This document shows positions 1 through 12,469 of a DNA stretch of 64,000 nucleotides, piece after piece. Under the pieces are notes generated by a model. It made no database searches. It was given only the letters and a program-made list of their open reading frames with translations, and was not told the DNA's origin. This stretch comes from Oikopleura dioica (lineage: Eukaryota; Animalia; Chordata), in the NCBI GenBank assembly GCA_907165135.1, contig OU015568.1:7502001-7566000 (forward strand), read 5' to 3'. The translations under genes were made by a program, and so were the position numbers. Position 1 is the first letter of the stretch. The number at the start of each line of letters is the position of its first letter.

Positions 1-42
1 GAAGGAAAATTAATTTATTTTTTGTATTTTTTTCTGGTTATC

Positions 43-318
43 TTACCCTAAGAGCTGTCGTAAAAAGTTCATTTTGTAGTACGAAAAAGTCACGATTAAA
101 AGGATTGTTTGTTTGATCTCGGTCTCTGACTTGCCGTTCTCGACTGTCCCATTTACGCTCCAAAACAAGAAGTTACGTAAAGACAAATAACTCTGAAGAA
201 AAAACTGGGGTAGAATGTGTGGGATAGAAAGATTCAGATTGTCAAACAAGAATGAAACTCCTATGAACGTGAATCGATTGGATGGGCGCGCGGCCAACTC
301 TCCGTGGGGCAAAAGCAT
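43..318 (-). CDS. 5' part of an unidentified gene running off the left edge
   Basis: ORF 43..318(-) ends at a GTAAG donor near 45; same strand and close behind the GNAT gene; no recognisable motif. Confidence 0.3.
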   Translation of the reverse strand: MLLPHGELAARPSNRFTFIGVSFLFDNLNLSIPHILPQFFLQSYLSLRNFLFWSVNGTVENGKSETEIKQTILLIVTFSYYKMNFLRQLLG

Positions 319-381
319 GCTGTATTACAAAAAATAAACGCAACCTTGAAAAAGTCTCTAAAAGTAGAAAATTTTTATTTT

Positions 382-1268
382 TTAAAAAGGTTTGAACAGA
401 GCAAGGTATCCCTTGCAAATTTCTTCTTTGTCTTCGAGTTTCTTGTACAAAGGGTAGTCCTTCGAATAAGCTTCGTATTTGATGTAGTTGTACTCTTTCA
501 GCTGAATTTTTTGTTAAGAAAAGTCTAAGGGAACGGAACATACGCCAATCTTCGTAGCTAGCTTTTGGCTGGCCTTGTTTGGGGCTGTGAAGAAAAAGGC
601 CTCTGCTCCTTCTTTCTGCGAATTGCTAATGCAAGTTGACAGGAAAGTTGAGGCAATTCCCTTCTTTCTAAGTGCGCTTTTGACGCACATAACTCGGCAC
701 GTGACCAGCTGATAGCCCTTCATTCGACCTTAAAATTACGATCAAGACCTGGACATAATCGAGTCGTCTATGATTTCAAGACTTTTTCGCTCGTATTTTG
801 ACCTGCTAGTAGACTGACCTTGAGACTTGCTCATCGCGCCAATTTGCATGTCTGCCATGAGCGAAAAGTAGTTCACAGCGGTCTGTCCTTGAATAGGTTG
901 GAGCTCGTTTGGCTTCCAGATCTTCGGGAACTTTTCTTTCGTCCCTAACATCACGGCTACCAGCTCATTATCCAACAGGAGCCCGAAAGAGTGGGGTTGA
1001 ATTTCGTCTAAAACGCCGTGAACGATGCAGTTTGTGACGATGTACTCCATTGAATCCTAATTTTCGGGAAAGAGAAAATAGTTATAAGAGCCCTAGAGAA
1101 GTAGATAATCTCGTCTATCCCTCTTTCCTCAAGAACAGTCCCCTCAACCGGCTTATCCCCGTTGAAAGTCACTATAACCGGCTCTGTGAAGGCATTATTT
1201 CGTAGAAACTGATTCACTTGATCCACGTGCTCTTCACTCAACGTAATTAAATCTAATGTTCCAGACAT
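382..1268 (-). CDS. GNAT acetyltransferase, insect-type arylalkylamine N-acetyltransferase (aaNAT/Dat)-like, multi-exon
   Basis: Joined exons give N-terminal EHVDQVNQFLRNNAFTEPV, motif A VMCVKSALRKKGIASTFL, and C-terminal TAPNKASQKLATKIG|LKEYNYIKYEAY...LFKPF*. Confidence 0.65.
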
Positions 1269-1403
1269 ATTCCTCTCTAATTTCTTTCTACAATTTGACG
1301 CAGCTGAAAAGGGAAATTGTGGATGTACTTGACACTTAGCGGGAAATTCAAAGGCGCGAAGCTTGAAAAAGAAAGAAGAAAATATTCATTGAAATTGGAT
1401 AAT

Positions 1404-3029
1404 TTATTCGATCATGCGTTTGAGTGCAGCGGAAAGGGCTTCGACTTGATTCTTGACTCCGTCGGCGATATTCTTGCATTGCTCAATATTGTCAAGAATT
1501 TCAACGGACTCGGTGTATGCGTTGTACTGCACTTGAACCGGCTTGTTCATCGTTTTGGCGAATTCAGAAACAAGGCGTTTTGCATCTTCAAATGACTCGG
1601 TAACGAAATAGGTTGGCTGGTAGGTGGTGATTGGGTATTCTGTCACAGAAGTTACTGATGGTTGGAAGGGGAGGATCTTTGGCTCGTCAGTTCGGCAGTA
1701 CTCAAGTTCGCCGAATGAGCTCAAAATGCCAGCGCCGTATGCTTTGATTTCTCCATCTTCCCTAAATGAACGGTTCCAGCTATGATAATGTTTGTTTCTG
1801 ATTTACCGGCAAAGTCCAAATTCAATAGTAAACCAATAAATCGTCGCTAATTTCTTCACGTCCTCATCTGATGCTCCAAGCGAAGCGAGGCCAATCTCTT
1901 GACTGAAGGCAGCAAACTTCGGGTCAGCAAAAAGAGGAACATGGCCGATCAGCTCGTGGCAAACATCTCTGGAAATAAAAACGTTTTTAGCGTTGTTGGA
2001 AATCTTGTTTGCTTACGGTTCGGGCGTGTAGAGCGGTTTTGACGAGTGGCGGATGTATTGTGTTGAATGGAACACGCTAGAAAATTTGCTCATGAAAGGT
2101 TTTTGGTCATTTTGTACCGGAAAGCCAAGCCAGCGAGGAAGTCACGTGAGCTCAGCAATCCGGCGACTGGTCGGAGTCGAAATCCAGTTGTTCGATGTAA
2201 AAAGGCAGAGATGTCTCGGATTTGCGGAATGTTATTCTCCGAGTATCCACAGTGCTGCTCCAACATGGGAAACACCTTGTTGAATTCTTTGCAAGCATGG
2301 GTGGGGAAGAGTTCTTTCAGCTTTTTGTACATGACGCCCCACGTGGCTTTCTCAGCATCAGTGTATTCGACAAGGGGTAATTTTTCAACGTGTCTAGAAA
2401 AATTTTCTTCATGAATTGAATTTCAAGCACAAAACCTGTAGTGAAAAGCAATGTCCGCAAATTCCTTTCGTCGTGCTCTGTAAGCCGGGTCAGTAAATCC
2501 CGGGTGATCAGAATCGAGCTCAGATCCATACGACAAAATCTGATTCGCAAAGCGATCAAGTTCAGCAACATGCATTGGGAACCAGGGAATATTATCGTCT
2601 GTGTCGCCGGCGGTAAAAACTTTTACAGAATTCACGAGCCCAGATGCCTTTAATTCGGACAAGGCTACCTGAAAGGGGTACAAACGGTTTTCTCTTTTGC
2701 ATCTCTAATAAACAGGTTCTTTACTATCGTTTGATACCCTGCTGGAAGCTTTTATCATCTTCGGCTGTGGAGGTTTCAGCATAGAATTCGTAGCCGAGAT
2801 CGCCAAGATTGTTGGATTCGATGTGAATCAAATCTAAGAAAATTTTTTTCCACAAATTTTCTCGAGCTCTTTTACCGATTGATTTCAGGAAAGAGAGCGC
2901 CGTTGCTAGCGAACCCTTGTTGCCCATTCGAAAAACGATCGAAGTGCCCATTTTGCTGAATTGAGGCTCTTCGCCATCTTTGTATTTTCCATTCAACTGG
3001 TATCCCTTAATAATTTTTCTGTAAGTCAT
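1404..3029 (-). CDS. PAH: Phenylalanine-4-hydroxylase, multi-exon
   Basis: [88 protein letters not shown]; ACT-like N-terminus; start uncertain. Confidence 0.93.
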
Positions 3030-3132
3030 CTTATCTTAAGATTTGAAATGGTAGAATTTAAAGGTATCTTCAGGTGATGTTTTGTCATACCGAGTAGAGC
3101 ATAGACGCTCGTCTTGAATCGTGCTTCATTTT

Positions 3133-3342
3133 TCAATCAATTTCGTCTCTAATAATAACAAACTCGGGAGATTTCCGAGAGGCGTATATGTAACGAAATG
3201 GGTGTGTTCGATTAAAAATCATAAAATATTCCTCATCTGCTGGAGCGTAATCCACCTGATCATAAAATGATGATTTCTGCGAAAAATTTGAAAACAAGAT
3301 GAAACCAGAATTTACCAGAATAGATGAAGTTGGTAAATTCAT
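3133..3342 (-). CDS. Small hypothetical ORF
   Basis: 69-aa ORF with protein-like composition, lying between EFCAB3-like and PAH. Confidence 0.25.
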   Translation of the reverse strand: MNLPTSSILVNSGFILFSNFSQKSSFYDQVDYAPADEEYFMIFNRTHPFRYIYASRKSPEFVIIRDEID

Positions 3343-3764
3343 TATTTTTTTTATAAAAATACCGCGATTATCATTTCTAGATGACTACTATGTCCGCCTA
3401 CGCTCCGTCAGTTAACATTGTCAATTTTTCGTTATAACATTTTTCCCATGTAAAAATGTTAAAATGACGTGCGTATGCGGACAGCAATAGTCACTCAGAA
3501 ATAATATTCACGGTATATAGTATATTTGTACAACAAGCAATGACGAGTTCGCAACAGGGATAAGGGTCAACGTGATAAGGACAGAATTGCCGAGAGTCCG
3601 CGCTTTGGCGGTCCGAATGCTGTTTGTCGTGTAATAATTGGCTTCACTTTTCGATCTTCGTTGAAAATTTTGGCTTTTCAGAGATTCAACAATTGTATTA
3701 AAAAATAATTCAAAAAAAAATTAAAAAATAAAAATATTTTTTTTATTAACAAAATACCGAAAAT

Positions 3765-5629
3765 TTATTTATAACGAAAAATATCATATTGTTGAACCCT
3801 TCCTAAAACTGTCATGGATGTTTTACCACTTCGGTCATTCATAGTAGCGGAGCTATATGCGATCATTGAGCGATAAACTTGCTTCTGGAGTCGGCACGTT
3901 CTTGGAGGCCTCGTGTTTAGCGAGCGATAGATGCTTATATTTTTGTTATATCTTCCTGTATCGACTCTATGGAAAGAACAATTAGAAGAAATCAAATACA
4001 AGAGGGACTTACTTTGACTCGAATTCTTTGACAGCTTCGTCTACTTCCATCCTCAGTCGAGGAAGTTGGTCAAGATACACGTCCGAGAACTCGGTGCTCA
4101 TGGGTATTTCGACGTCGTAACAGAGTGCTCGATGAGGTAGCCAACCGGGCAGATGATAGAGTGGCCGGTCGCCGCGCGCTTCCATATTTGATCTTTGACG
4201 CTTAGGTATCCCTGTGTTCATGTCGAGAACGGCCAGCCTCTGAGGCAAGATTGGCTGTGTCTGATTCGTGCCTACGAACTTGAGTCTGATCTTGGCAGTT
4301 GTCTGAAAGTAAAATTGGAAAAGTGATAGTGATGGAAGTGACTTACATCCTTTGGTTTCTCGACAGCAACAATCATTGGCACCTTGGTCAAATGCTTGAG
4401 TCGACTTAGGTGGGGCAGCCTCGCACCACCGAGGACGTATGGTTTCCTCGGCGTGAGCTGCGGTTTATCCCTTATCGTCTGAAGTAGCTCTTTCACGTTT
4501 GATGTAGCATATGGAGAGTCTTTTGAATCGTTGCTCGCCACTCCGGCTCGAACTAAAAAAATACTCTTTAGCACCGTAAAATTTGAAATCGTCGCTTACT
4601 TCGTTTCAACTGCTTGAAGAGCTGACCATCGGTCAACCCAATCAGTCGGTTACTCTCCGCGTAATGACCGACAACGTGCGCGGCTTTGCCGACAGCGATC
4701 TTCTTGGCCACTTTGCGATACTTTTTAGCGTAGTAGCCGACAATTTCTTGTGCATTATTAAGAGCTTGCTTCTTCATAAATTCAGTGAGCGCATCGAAGA
4801 GAATCACACGATTGGACACCATGGCTCCATCTCGCTAACAAAAAACGTAAACTTGGAAAACCTAATCAAAAGTACCTTCAGCGCTAGAGCCTCGATGAAC
4901 ATTTCTGTATCCGTCATTAAGGAGAGGAACTCTTCAAAATCAACTTCTCCATTCCCGTCGCCGTCCATCGTCATCATGACCTCGTTAATCTCATCTTCGT
5001 CCAAATTAATGCCGTACTCTTGCAGCGTGCTAAAATTACCGCAATCAGAAATAGATTCGTTCGAGTCAAAAATAACCTGAGTAGCTCAGTCGCATCAATA
5101 GATCCGCCACCATTTCTGTCGAAAATTTCAAACGCTTCGCGAAAAGCACTGATTTGAGTTTCTGTTAGTCTATCTTGACTATCTTGGAGACTCTAAAAAG
5201 ACAAAATAAGGATTAAACCAATTTATGAAAGCAATTTTATGGATCAGTGTTTTGATTGGCCGGTAGGCCAAATACAGCAATCTCATTGGTTATCCAAAAA
5301 TGCACTTCCATAAATTGGTTAAGTCCAAAAATAAGGAGATTTTAGATGATTGGACCAACTTACGTCAATAATTTCTTGGTCGACGAGCTCATTTATCTTC
5401 GTTTCGCGAACTGGGTTGGACATGACGGACTGGCCCCTTTTATAAACTGTGGAAGGAGCGGACTTTCGAGGAGCTGTTGATATTCGACGGCCATCGGAAG
5501 TGCTTTGCTTACGAGGACCAACGCGGATATTTGACTTTCTTGGTTCTGATTCCTGATTTAGGGTCTACTATCTTTACTTTATCCATTACCTGCTTTTGGA
5601 ACGTCGAATTTGACTGCTTCACCAGGCAT
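3765..5629 (-). CDS. EF-hand calcium-binding domain protein, EFCAB3-like
   Basis: LTETQISAFREAFEIFDRNGGGSID and MDGDGNGEVDFEEFLSLMTD, followed by ILFDALTEFMKKQAL..EIVGYYAKKY and KDSPYA, resembling EFCAB3; 3' end uncertain. Confidence 0.65.
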
Positions 5630-5986
5630 TTGCCTCGCGTGGCTCCGTTACTGCGGCTCAAACTGATGAAAATTATAAACTGATTTCAAAGATGGATTTT
5701 TCCCCAAAATCAACAGATATTCTAGAGAATTTCATCCTTTCCTGGAAATTGCTAATCAATCGTTAATTCTTTTGATAGTCTCTATTTTCTGTGCATTCAG
5801 CAGAAAATTAGAGCCGTTGAGTGGAACAAGCGTTCGGAACACGGGCTCGGCACGTGCGCTAACGCTACGCGTGTTCTTTTTCATGTTTTTGATTTGGGTT
5901 CTCTAGCACCTCCACCATAATTACTCAACCTATATAATCCAGACCGAAGCGAGATAAGATCATTTCAAGAGAAAATCAGAAGTAAA

Positions 5987-6801
5987 ATGAAGGTTCTCGG
6001 AGCTTTTGCCGCCTTTGCCGCTGCTCAGGACACCGAATGGCCCGCTGCAAGCATGGAGCAAGTCTGCGGAGCCGTCAGAGAACTTCCCATGGCTGCCAAT
6101 CAGACTTGCGAAGTTACCCTCGCCGGTGATCTTCAAGCTCTCTGGGTCAACGCTGGCGGTTCTTTTGTCACCCAACCCAGTATCACTCGAAACAAGTGGT
6201 TCATCCACACCTACGAAGGCCACGGCGAAGAAGATGGAGTTCGATTCGTCAGCTGGTTCAAAATCCCCTTCGCCTGGCCATACCAGCTCAGAAACCCAAA
6301 ACTGACTCCCCAAGAAGTCAAGGACGCCTGCGGATCGTCTGAAGACATCGACATCGAATGCACGGACATCGGCGAAGGAAAGCAGGGACTCTTCATGGCT
6401 CCGTTCAATTTCGCTCCTGGAAACAACGATGGAACCTATGCTATTCCAGTAATCAATACCGCAGGTCACAAGAAGGACAACTTGTACACCTTTGAACTGA
6501 AGAACCAGAAGTACGACCCCGTCGCCATTACCGACATCGAACTCATGGGTAAGATTCTAAGGCGCCTACTTTTCCTTCTAAAGAATAATTTTTAGCCAAT
6601 GGAACCGTCATGGCCACTGCCCTCCTCAACGAAACCACCAACGAAGACACCGGCATTAGATACTCCGACGACGGCAAATTCGGCGTCATGCTCGAAGAAG
6701 ACTACCAAGGCGAACTTCTCTACATCACTTTCAAAAACAAAGACGCCGAAAACATGGAGTTCTTCGGCGGCGCTCAAGCATTCTATTCCTTCATTAATTA
6801 A
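5987..6801 (+). CDS. Secreted protein of unknown function, 2 exons
   Basis: Signal peptide MKVLGAFAAFAAA; GT-AG intron about 6549-6594 joins ORFs 5987..6595 and 6610..6801; several Cys. Confidence 0.7.
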
Positions 6802-6890
6802 TCTTTCCAATAATTCTTCGTTCTACTGACGTTATTCCAAGCAAGGAAATATTTTGAGAATAAACAAAATACACTTGACTACAATAATAA

Positions 6891-7350
6891 TCAATTCAAA
6901 CGATTTATTTTTGTTCGTCTATTTGATAATTGTAACTCAATTAGCAGAGACATATTTAGCAACAATTTCATCATCAGTGACTTTTTCAACGCAATTTCTG
7001 ATGTAAAAGCAGCTTCGCCATTCATGAAAATGTTGATTTTTCCCGTTCCGGTGTAGTCCTTCATAAAGTTGTACCATTTTCCCGAACTTGCTTTTTGCTT
7101 GTCCATTTGAAGCCAAGCATAGTCTATTTTTAACTCGTCGAGTTTCTTGATCGTGTTTCTAAAATAATTATTTGAAAAAATAGACAAGCAAAAATACTCA
7201 CTTAGCAAAGAAGCAATAAGAATAGCCAGCAATAACCACCTCGTGTTGATCTAAAACTGCCTCCCATTCCTCTACAGATGGTATGCCTTCGATTTCAATA
7301 AGCGTTTCTTTTGCTGCAATCAATGAAAGAAAAACGGCAAGGAACTTCAT
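6891..7350 (-). CDS. Signal-peptide-bearing glutaredoxin-like protein with CxxA site
   Basis: ATG at 7350, MKFLAVFLSLIAAKE...; after removing a GTGAG..AG intron, VVIAGYSYCFFAKNTIKKLDELKIDYAWLQMD...YTGTGKINIFMNGE aligns with the glutaredoxin pattern; 3' end uncertain. Confidence 0.5.
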
Positions 7351-7599
7351 TTCTGGTTAGTTTTAGAGAAAATGGAACATAGACACGCTTATAAGCAAGC
7401 TTGAGAAAGGTCACGAAATTGACGCAAACTAAACAACCTTTTACGGTGACGAAAAACGGTTGGTTTAGAAAAAGGGAATTATGCAACAGAAAGTATTTAT
7501 TTGGGTCAGTTTCAACAAGTTGTCGGGAAGATAGTGGTGTCAGAAATGATTCATTGCAGGATTTTTTGAAGGATCAATATGGCACGTCAGGATTTTTAT

Positions 7600-9950
7600 T
7601 CAATTTACAACGGTTACTGTATCAAAGCTATCGTTGCTATACCGTCTTTGGTTTAGACGATAAGGTTCTTCGTACGCAGGTCCGTTGTTTGGCTCAACAT
7701 AGCCGATTTCAGAAGAAGCATTTTGAAAGCTATTTTGAAGAGGGACAACTCTGTCCCGGACAAGCAAATTCAATTCTTCGTTTCGATTATTGCTTTGGTT
7801 GACGTTTTCTTGGTTGTACTGGGCAGTGACATCTTCTGATATTCTCCTGCAGTTGTTGTTTTGCGGCTCACTTCTTGCACGCTGGGCTTTAAATGGTTTA
7901 AAAATTTAATTCTACCGATGAATAATATGAAAAAAATGATGAATAAACCAAGCCTGGAGTGATAAAGTTATACTCATCATCTTCTTCTGGCTTCAATTTT
8001 TCTTCGAGTTCTTCTGTCGTTGGATCAAAACCAATAACAAGAAGAATAAGGGAAATTATTCCGAGCGAGATCATTAATATCCCAAAGACAAAGAGGACCC
8101 ATTCCGCTGGAAGCATGCACTTTCCTTTCAAAAGATCGTTGAGGGGTACAGGTCCTATATGAAAGCTTTCGACTGAGCTCAAGGAAGAGCAGGAGTTGTC
8201 CAGCAATCGAGTTGAATAAGGTTCTGTAAATCTAGCATAAGATGGTGGGTCGAAATTTGAGACGCTTGATTTGACCCCTTGACTGAAGAAGAAATAATTT
8301 AATAAACAAAAATCGGTCTTGTTTGTCTTACAGTTGATCTGCTCCTTGCACGTATCGCCAAGAATGACGAGTGATCAACGATGTCAGAATAAGTTGAAGG
8401 GCCAAACTGATGAGTTGTATCATCTTCATCACTTCGAATACGTAGTAATTAATTCGCATAAAAAAGCCATATTCAGCGCATTGGCAGCAGATTTCATGGA
8501 ATTTTCGTCTTTTACTTGTTGGGTCTTTTTATCGAGGTCAGAAATTATTCCTAATAAGAGTACTCAAATATGACATTTTTGACCAGGCCTATTGACCATT
8601 GATTTCGGTAAAATTGAAAAAATGATGTTTTTGGAAACAATTTCATCTGAAAAGCGTGAAAAGCGCTCAGAATTCCGGGAAGAAGAAAGATGAATGTTGC
8701 GACGAGGTAGACGAAGTTCCATACGTGCGCATTTTGCCCAGGAACTAAATAGAAACTCTGAGTCAGTAGTGTTGACTTTGAGAGTCTTACATAAATAGCG
8801 AGTGTAGTAAAAATAGATAGCAAGGATGTTGATTCCACGAAGAAGCTCTGGAATAATTGGGTATTGGATGAGCAGTCGAAAGACAACTCGCCAGAATCGA
8901 CTGTTAGCAAACTTTTTCTGCTGTCCATCATCGTCTTTTCTTCCTACGTCGCGAGATTGGCTCACCAAAATCAGCGTAATGGTCAAAAGATGAAGGCCAA
9001 GTTGAATATATGCCAGGCCAAGAAAAAAAGCAGAAACAGTGGGGTCAGGATCAACAGCCATATCTTCCGACGTCGTGTACTCGTACCAAAGATAAACAGA
9101 AGGCCACACAACGAGAACGGGTTTCAAGCCAAAGAGAAGGCAAGCCATCCAGCTTTTAAATCCAAAATTTGAGATATTCCAGAGAATGTAAAACGCAGAG
9201 GCAGTGATTGACGAAGAAAGCATGAGAACTTGAAATATGGAGAACTGAAAAGTTTCCTTTTGCCACGGAATAATTCGAAAAGCGCGCAAATTTTTTGCTC
9301 TTAGAGAATTTTTTTATGGCTTTGTCGAGATAGTCCTTCTCCCCGCTTCTGAATCTTTCGTTCTTCATAGTGATAATTGAGACGGCTTCTGATGCATAAC
9401 TTGTCCGTTCGCAAGCGATTTCATAGTTTTCTCTTTTGCAGTTGCTATTTTCTTCTCCGAGAAAAACAACCTGACATCCGTTGGGATCGCAAGTTTCTTC
9501 GGAGCAAAAAGTTGAAGCCTTACAAGAATCACCTCCAATATTCTCCTCCCTTCTCTTCCTCTTTTTCTTTGTAGCCGGACATGTTGGCTCAGAAAGAGTA
9601 ATTGACTCTGAGACACCAAGAGGAATAAAGACTGGTTCTGGTCTCGGTCCTTTCATTGAGCGATCATCATCATCTTTTCTAGTGATGGAGCAGATGCATT
9701 TTTCTCTTTCATCTCCTGGAAGACTCGTTTTGGTACTTTGTAATTCAATTGTCGAACTGGCGTTGTAAATTGTCTGGAAACTATCTGAAGAACCATACGC
9801 ATCTCTTATTTCCTGAAGGACGTCTTCTATGATTTCATCGTATTTTTCACGCTGCTCGACAACAATTTTTAGCGAAAGTATTTCTCCTCCGTAGACGAGA
9901 AAAAGTTCAAAAACAAGAATATGTACATAATCAGAATTTCGGATACTGGC
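7600..9950 (-). CDS. Uncharacterised multi-pass membrane protein, multi-exon (possibly more than one gene)
   Basis: ORFs 9156..9656, 8564..9289 and 7898..8206 on the minus strand carry several hydrophobic segments and can be linked by short introns; boundaries approximate. Confidence 0.45.
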
Positions 9951-10214
9951 TCACATCTGAAACAGCGGAGAAATTCAGCGGCTTTTAAAGGATAAATTTG
10001 TACACGCAAGCGAAAGGTAAATACGTTTATGACGGTCGACGTGAGTCAATGTCATCAAATAAGATATTCTCAATCAAAAAGGATAAAGCTCTTTTACGTG
10101 AATCAAGGTCAAATTAAATGAATATTTTATGAGTTAAATATGCGAAAGAAAATGGTATTCAATCATTTGATAATTTATAGGAAAATTTTATTTACAGCGA
10201 AAAGTGTGGATAAT

Positions 10215-12151
10215 TTAATCGATCCAAATACAGACATGACAGAGTCCAGAGTTCTTTCCGTCTTTTCCATCTCTTGGAACTCGATTGAGGCCCAGGTAAA
10301 TATCTTCGTCGAGAGGCTCGCTTTTTATCTTCTTATTGTTCATTCGGAACATCCATGGGTTCATTTTCGACCCACTGTGGCCATCATTATTAGAATACTA
10401 AAAAAACCTCTCTCAATAAAAAGTTATGATAGGGAACCCACCGAAAAGACTCGATCTTCCAGCGTTATATCATAAGTCGCTCCGTTCTCGTAGAAATTTC
10501 TCAGCCTCGTTCCAGTGTACAATCTATGACCACCTTGGACCCCATTCGGCCAGTTTTCATGCAACGCCACGTATTGAGCTAGCTCCTTGTTCCAGGCGTG
10601 GATCTGTGCTCTGTATTTATTCGCCCAGTCGTTCCCAAAACCTTCTCCATTCGGCGAGTCAGCAAGAATCATATGCGTGCCGGCAATATCGACATCTCCG
10701 TAAAAGAAGCGCATTTTCATCTTTTTGATCGTCGACGTTGTGAATTTCAGAACTCCTTGCATTGAACACCCACCGGCTACCAACGCGCTTTTCTTCAATG
10801 GCCGGTACCAGTCGACGTTACTGGTGGGAAATCCCCATGTTTGTCCTGTTGTTAGGTCGACTTCTAGCTCCGCATCATTGCATTTTCGGCGGATAGTGAT
10901 GCAAGCTCTGCAGAGGCCCATTCCGATGTTTCCTGTGTCGTAAGGATAGACCACTTGGTTCATGCCAAGATACAGGGCTAGGGAATAATTTGTAACAAAT
11001 CATAATTTCTCAGGTACCTTTGTCTTCTTTGCCTGTTCCATAATTTGGAATGTAAGTTCTCCCGTCCATCGCGAAAAGATATTTGCTAGAAATGAAGCCT
11101 TCCCGATTCAGTTCCCAATTATGATCTTCGTGTCGATTGTCATTCCAGCCAAAATAGTCGGGCTTGACTGTCAACGACAAGTGCGCATAAGAGGCCACGA
11201 TGTTCGTCAAATTTTCGATAAGAAAAGGACGCGCTTCGGGCATGATTTCAAATAGACTGACATCGTCGTTTGAGTTCATGAAGATTTCCATATTTCCATT
11301 GCGTCCTTGAACCTCCGCGTGCCAGGGTGTGAGGCCATCTGTCCCGCCGTTTCCGTTGCTTTTCTCGGTGTCGGCGATTGAAAAAGTGATACCGGAGGGC
11401 TTCGCGCTCTTGTAGTAAAAATCGAACATCACTTCCGCTATTCCTTCGGTTGAAATCTATCTGGTGGTACACCTAAGCAAAACTCTGTTTTCTAGGCTCG
11501 GCAACCTGTGTAGAAAACCTGACTCAGGGTCTCAGATTTCTAATGAAAAAGCTGCGGCTTTTTCATCAAAGATTTTTCAGACCCTGACTCAGGTTTTCTA
11601 GAGAGGTTGTCGAGCCCAGTCTGTTTTCTTCCGAAGCTACAGGAAGAATTAGTTCTACCACTTTTCTTGAGTACCGCGCTCTTTGAGCATTGAAAGCTTC
11701 CATTATCTCGAAAGAATTTCTCGTATGCTGGAAGGATTCGATTGTCGTTGAAGCTTTATCTTGTTTTCAAAATTGTATGAAACTCTATTTTCAAACAGCA
11801 AAAACGCTCCTGAGAATACTTCCGGTTTCAAAGTCAATTTCTGCGTCAGCTTCTGGGCAAAGAATATCCGACGCTACATCGTTAGCTAAATCAATGATGA
11901 AGGCAAAATGGAGTTGTCTTACGTTCGCAACAGCCAGTTTGTCCCTTCCACTTGCAGTCGCTTCCTTTGCATTTGCACTTGAACAGGGAGCGTTGATTTT
12001 TCGTGCTGCAGACGAACTCGTATCCAGGATTGCAAACGTAGTGGCACTTTGACCCTTTATTGAATCCGTTTGTGCAGTCAATAAAAGAGCCGTGACCAAG
12101 AAACAGCTCAGAATTTGAGCAAGCACTCTGAATAAATGATGAAAAAAACAA
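10215..12151 (-). CDS. Extracellular protein with a Sushi/CCP-like module and a beta-rich C-terminal region
   Basis: CTNGFNKGSKCHYVCNPGYEF...CKWKG is Sushi-like; downstream coding exons 11010..11432, 10424..10963 and about 10215-10408; 5' end uncertain. Confidence 0.55.
11492..11619. mobile_element. MITE family A, copy 1 (intronic), 8-bp TSD
   Basis: TIRs CTAGGCTCGGCAACCTGTGTAGAAAACCTGACTCAGGGTCT / AGACCCTGACTCAGGTTTTCTAGAGAGGTTGTCGAGCCCAG; TCTGTTTT at both 11484-11491 and 11620-11627. Confidence 0.9.
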
Positions 12152-12469
12152 ATATTAAAAAAGGAAAAAAATTAATACTCTTGCTTCTTTCTCTTGGTCC
12201 TTCTTTTTTCCTGCTAAAACGTAGACGGGGATACCAAATTTCAAAATCTTCATGGAATATTCTCTTTTCTAGGTCTCCTTTCTGAAACCGGGAGTCGAAA
12301 TTTCAAGTAATAGAAGGATACTACCGATGGCACGCACTTAGGTTTGACGCCGCCACTTGCGCAAATGACCACATTTGGTTCTGTAAGAATTCGATCCTGC
12401 TGCCATCTAGCGGCTAGATTTTTAGATGAGAAGTATTAAACGTTTTTTATTCAGAATATAAGATTTTCA

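Noticed and set aside
4583-5080. 165-aa plus-strand ORF
   Set aside because: Antisense to the EF-hand exons.
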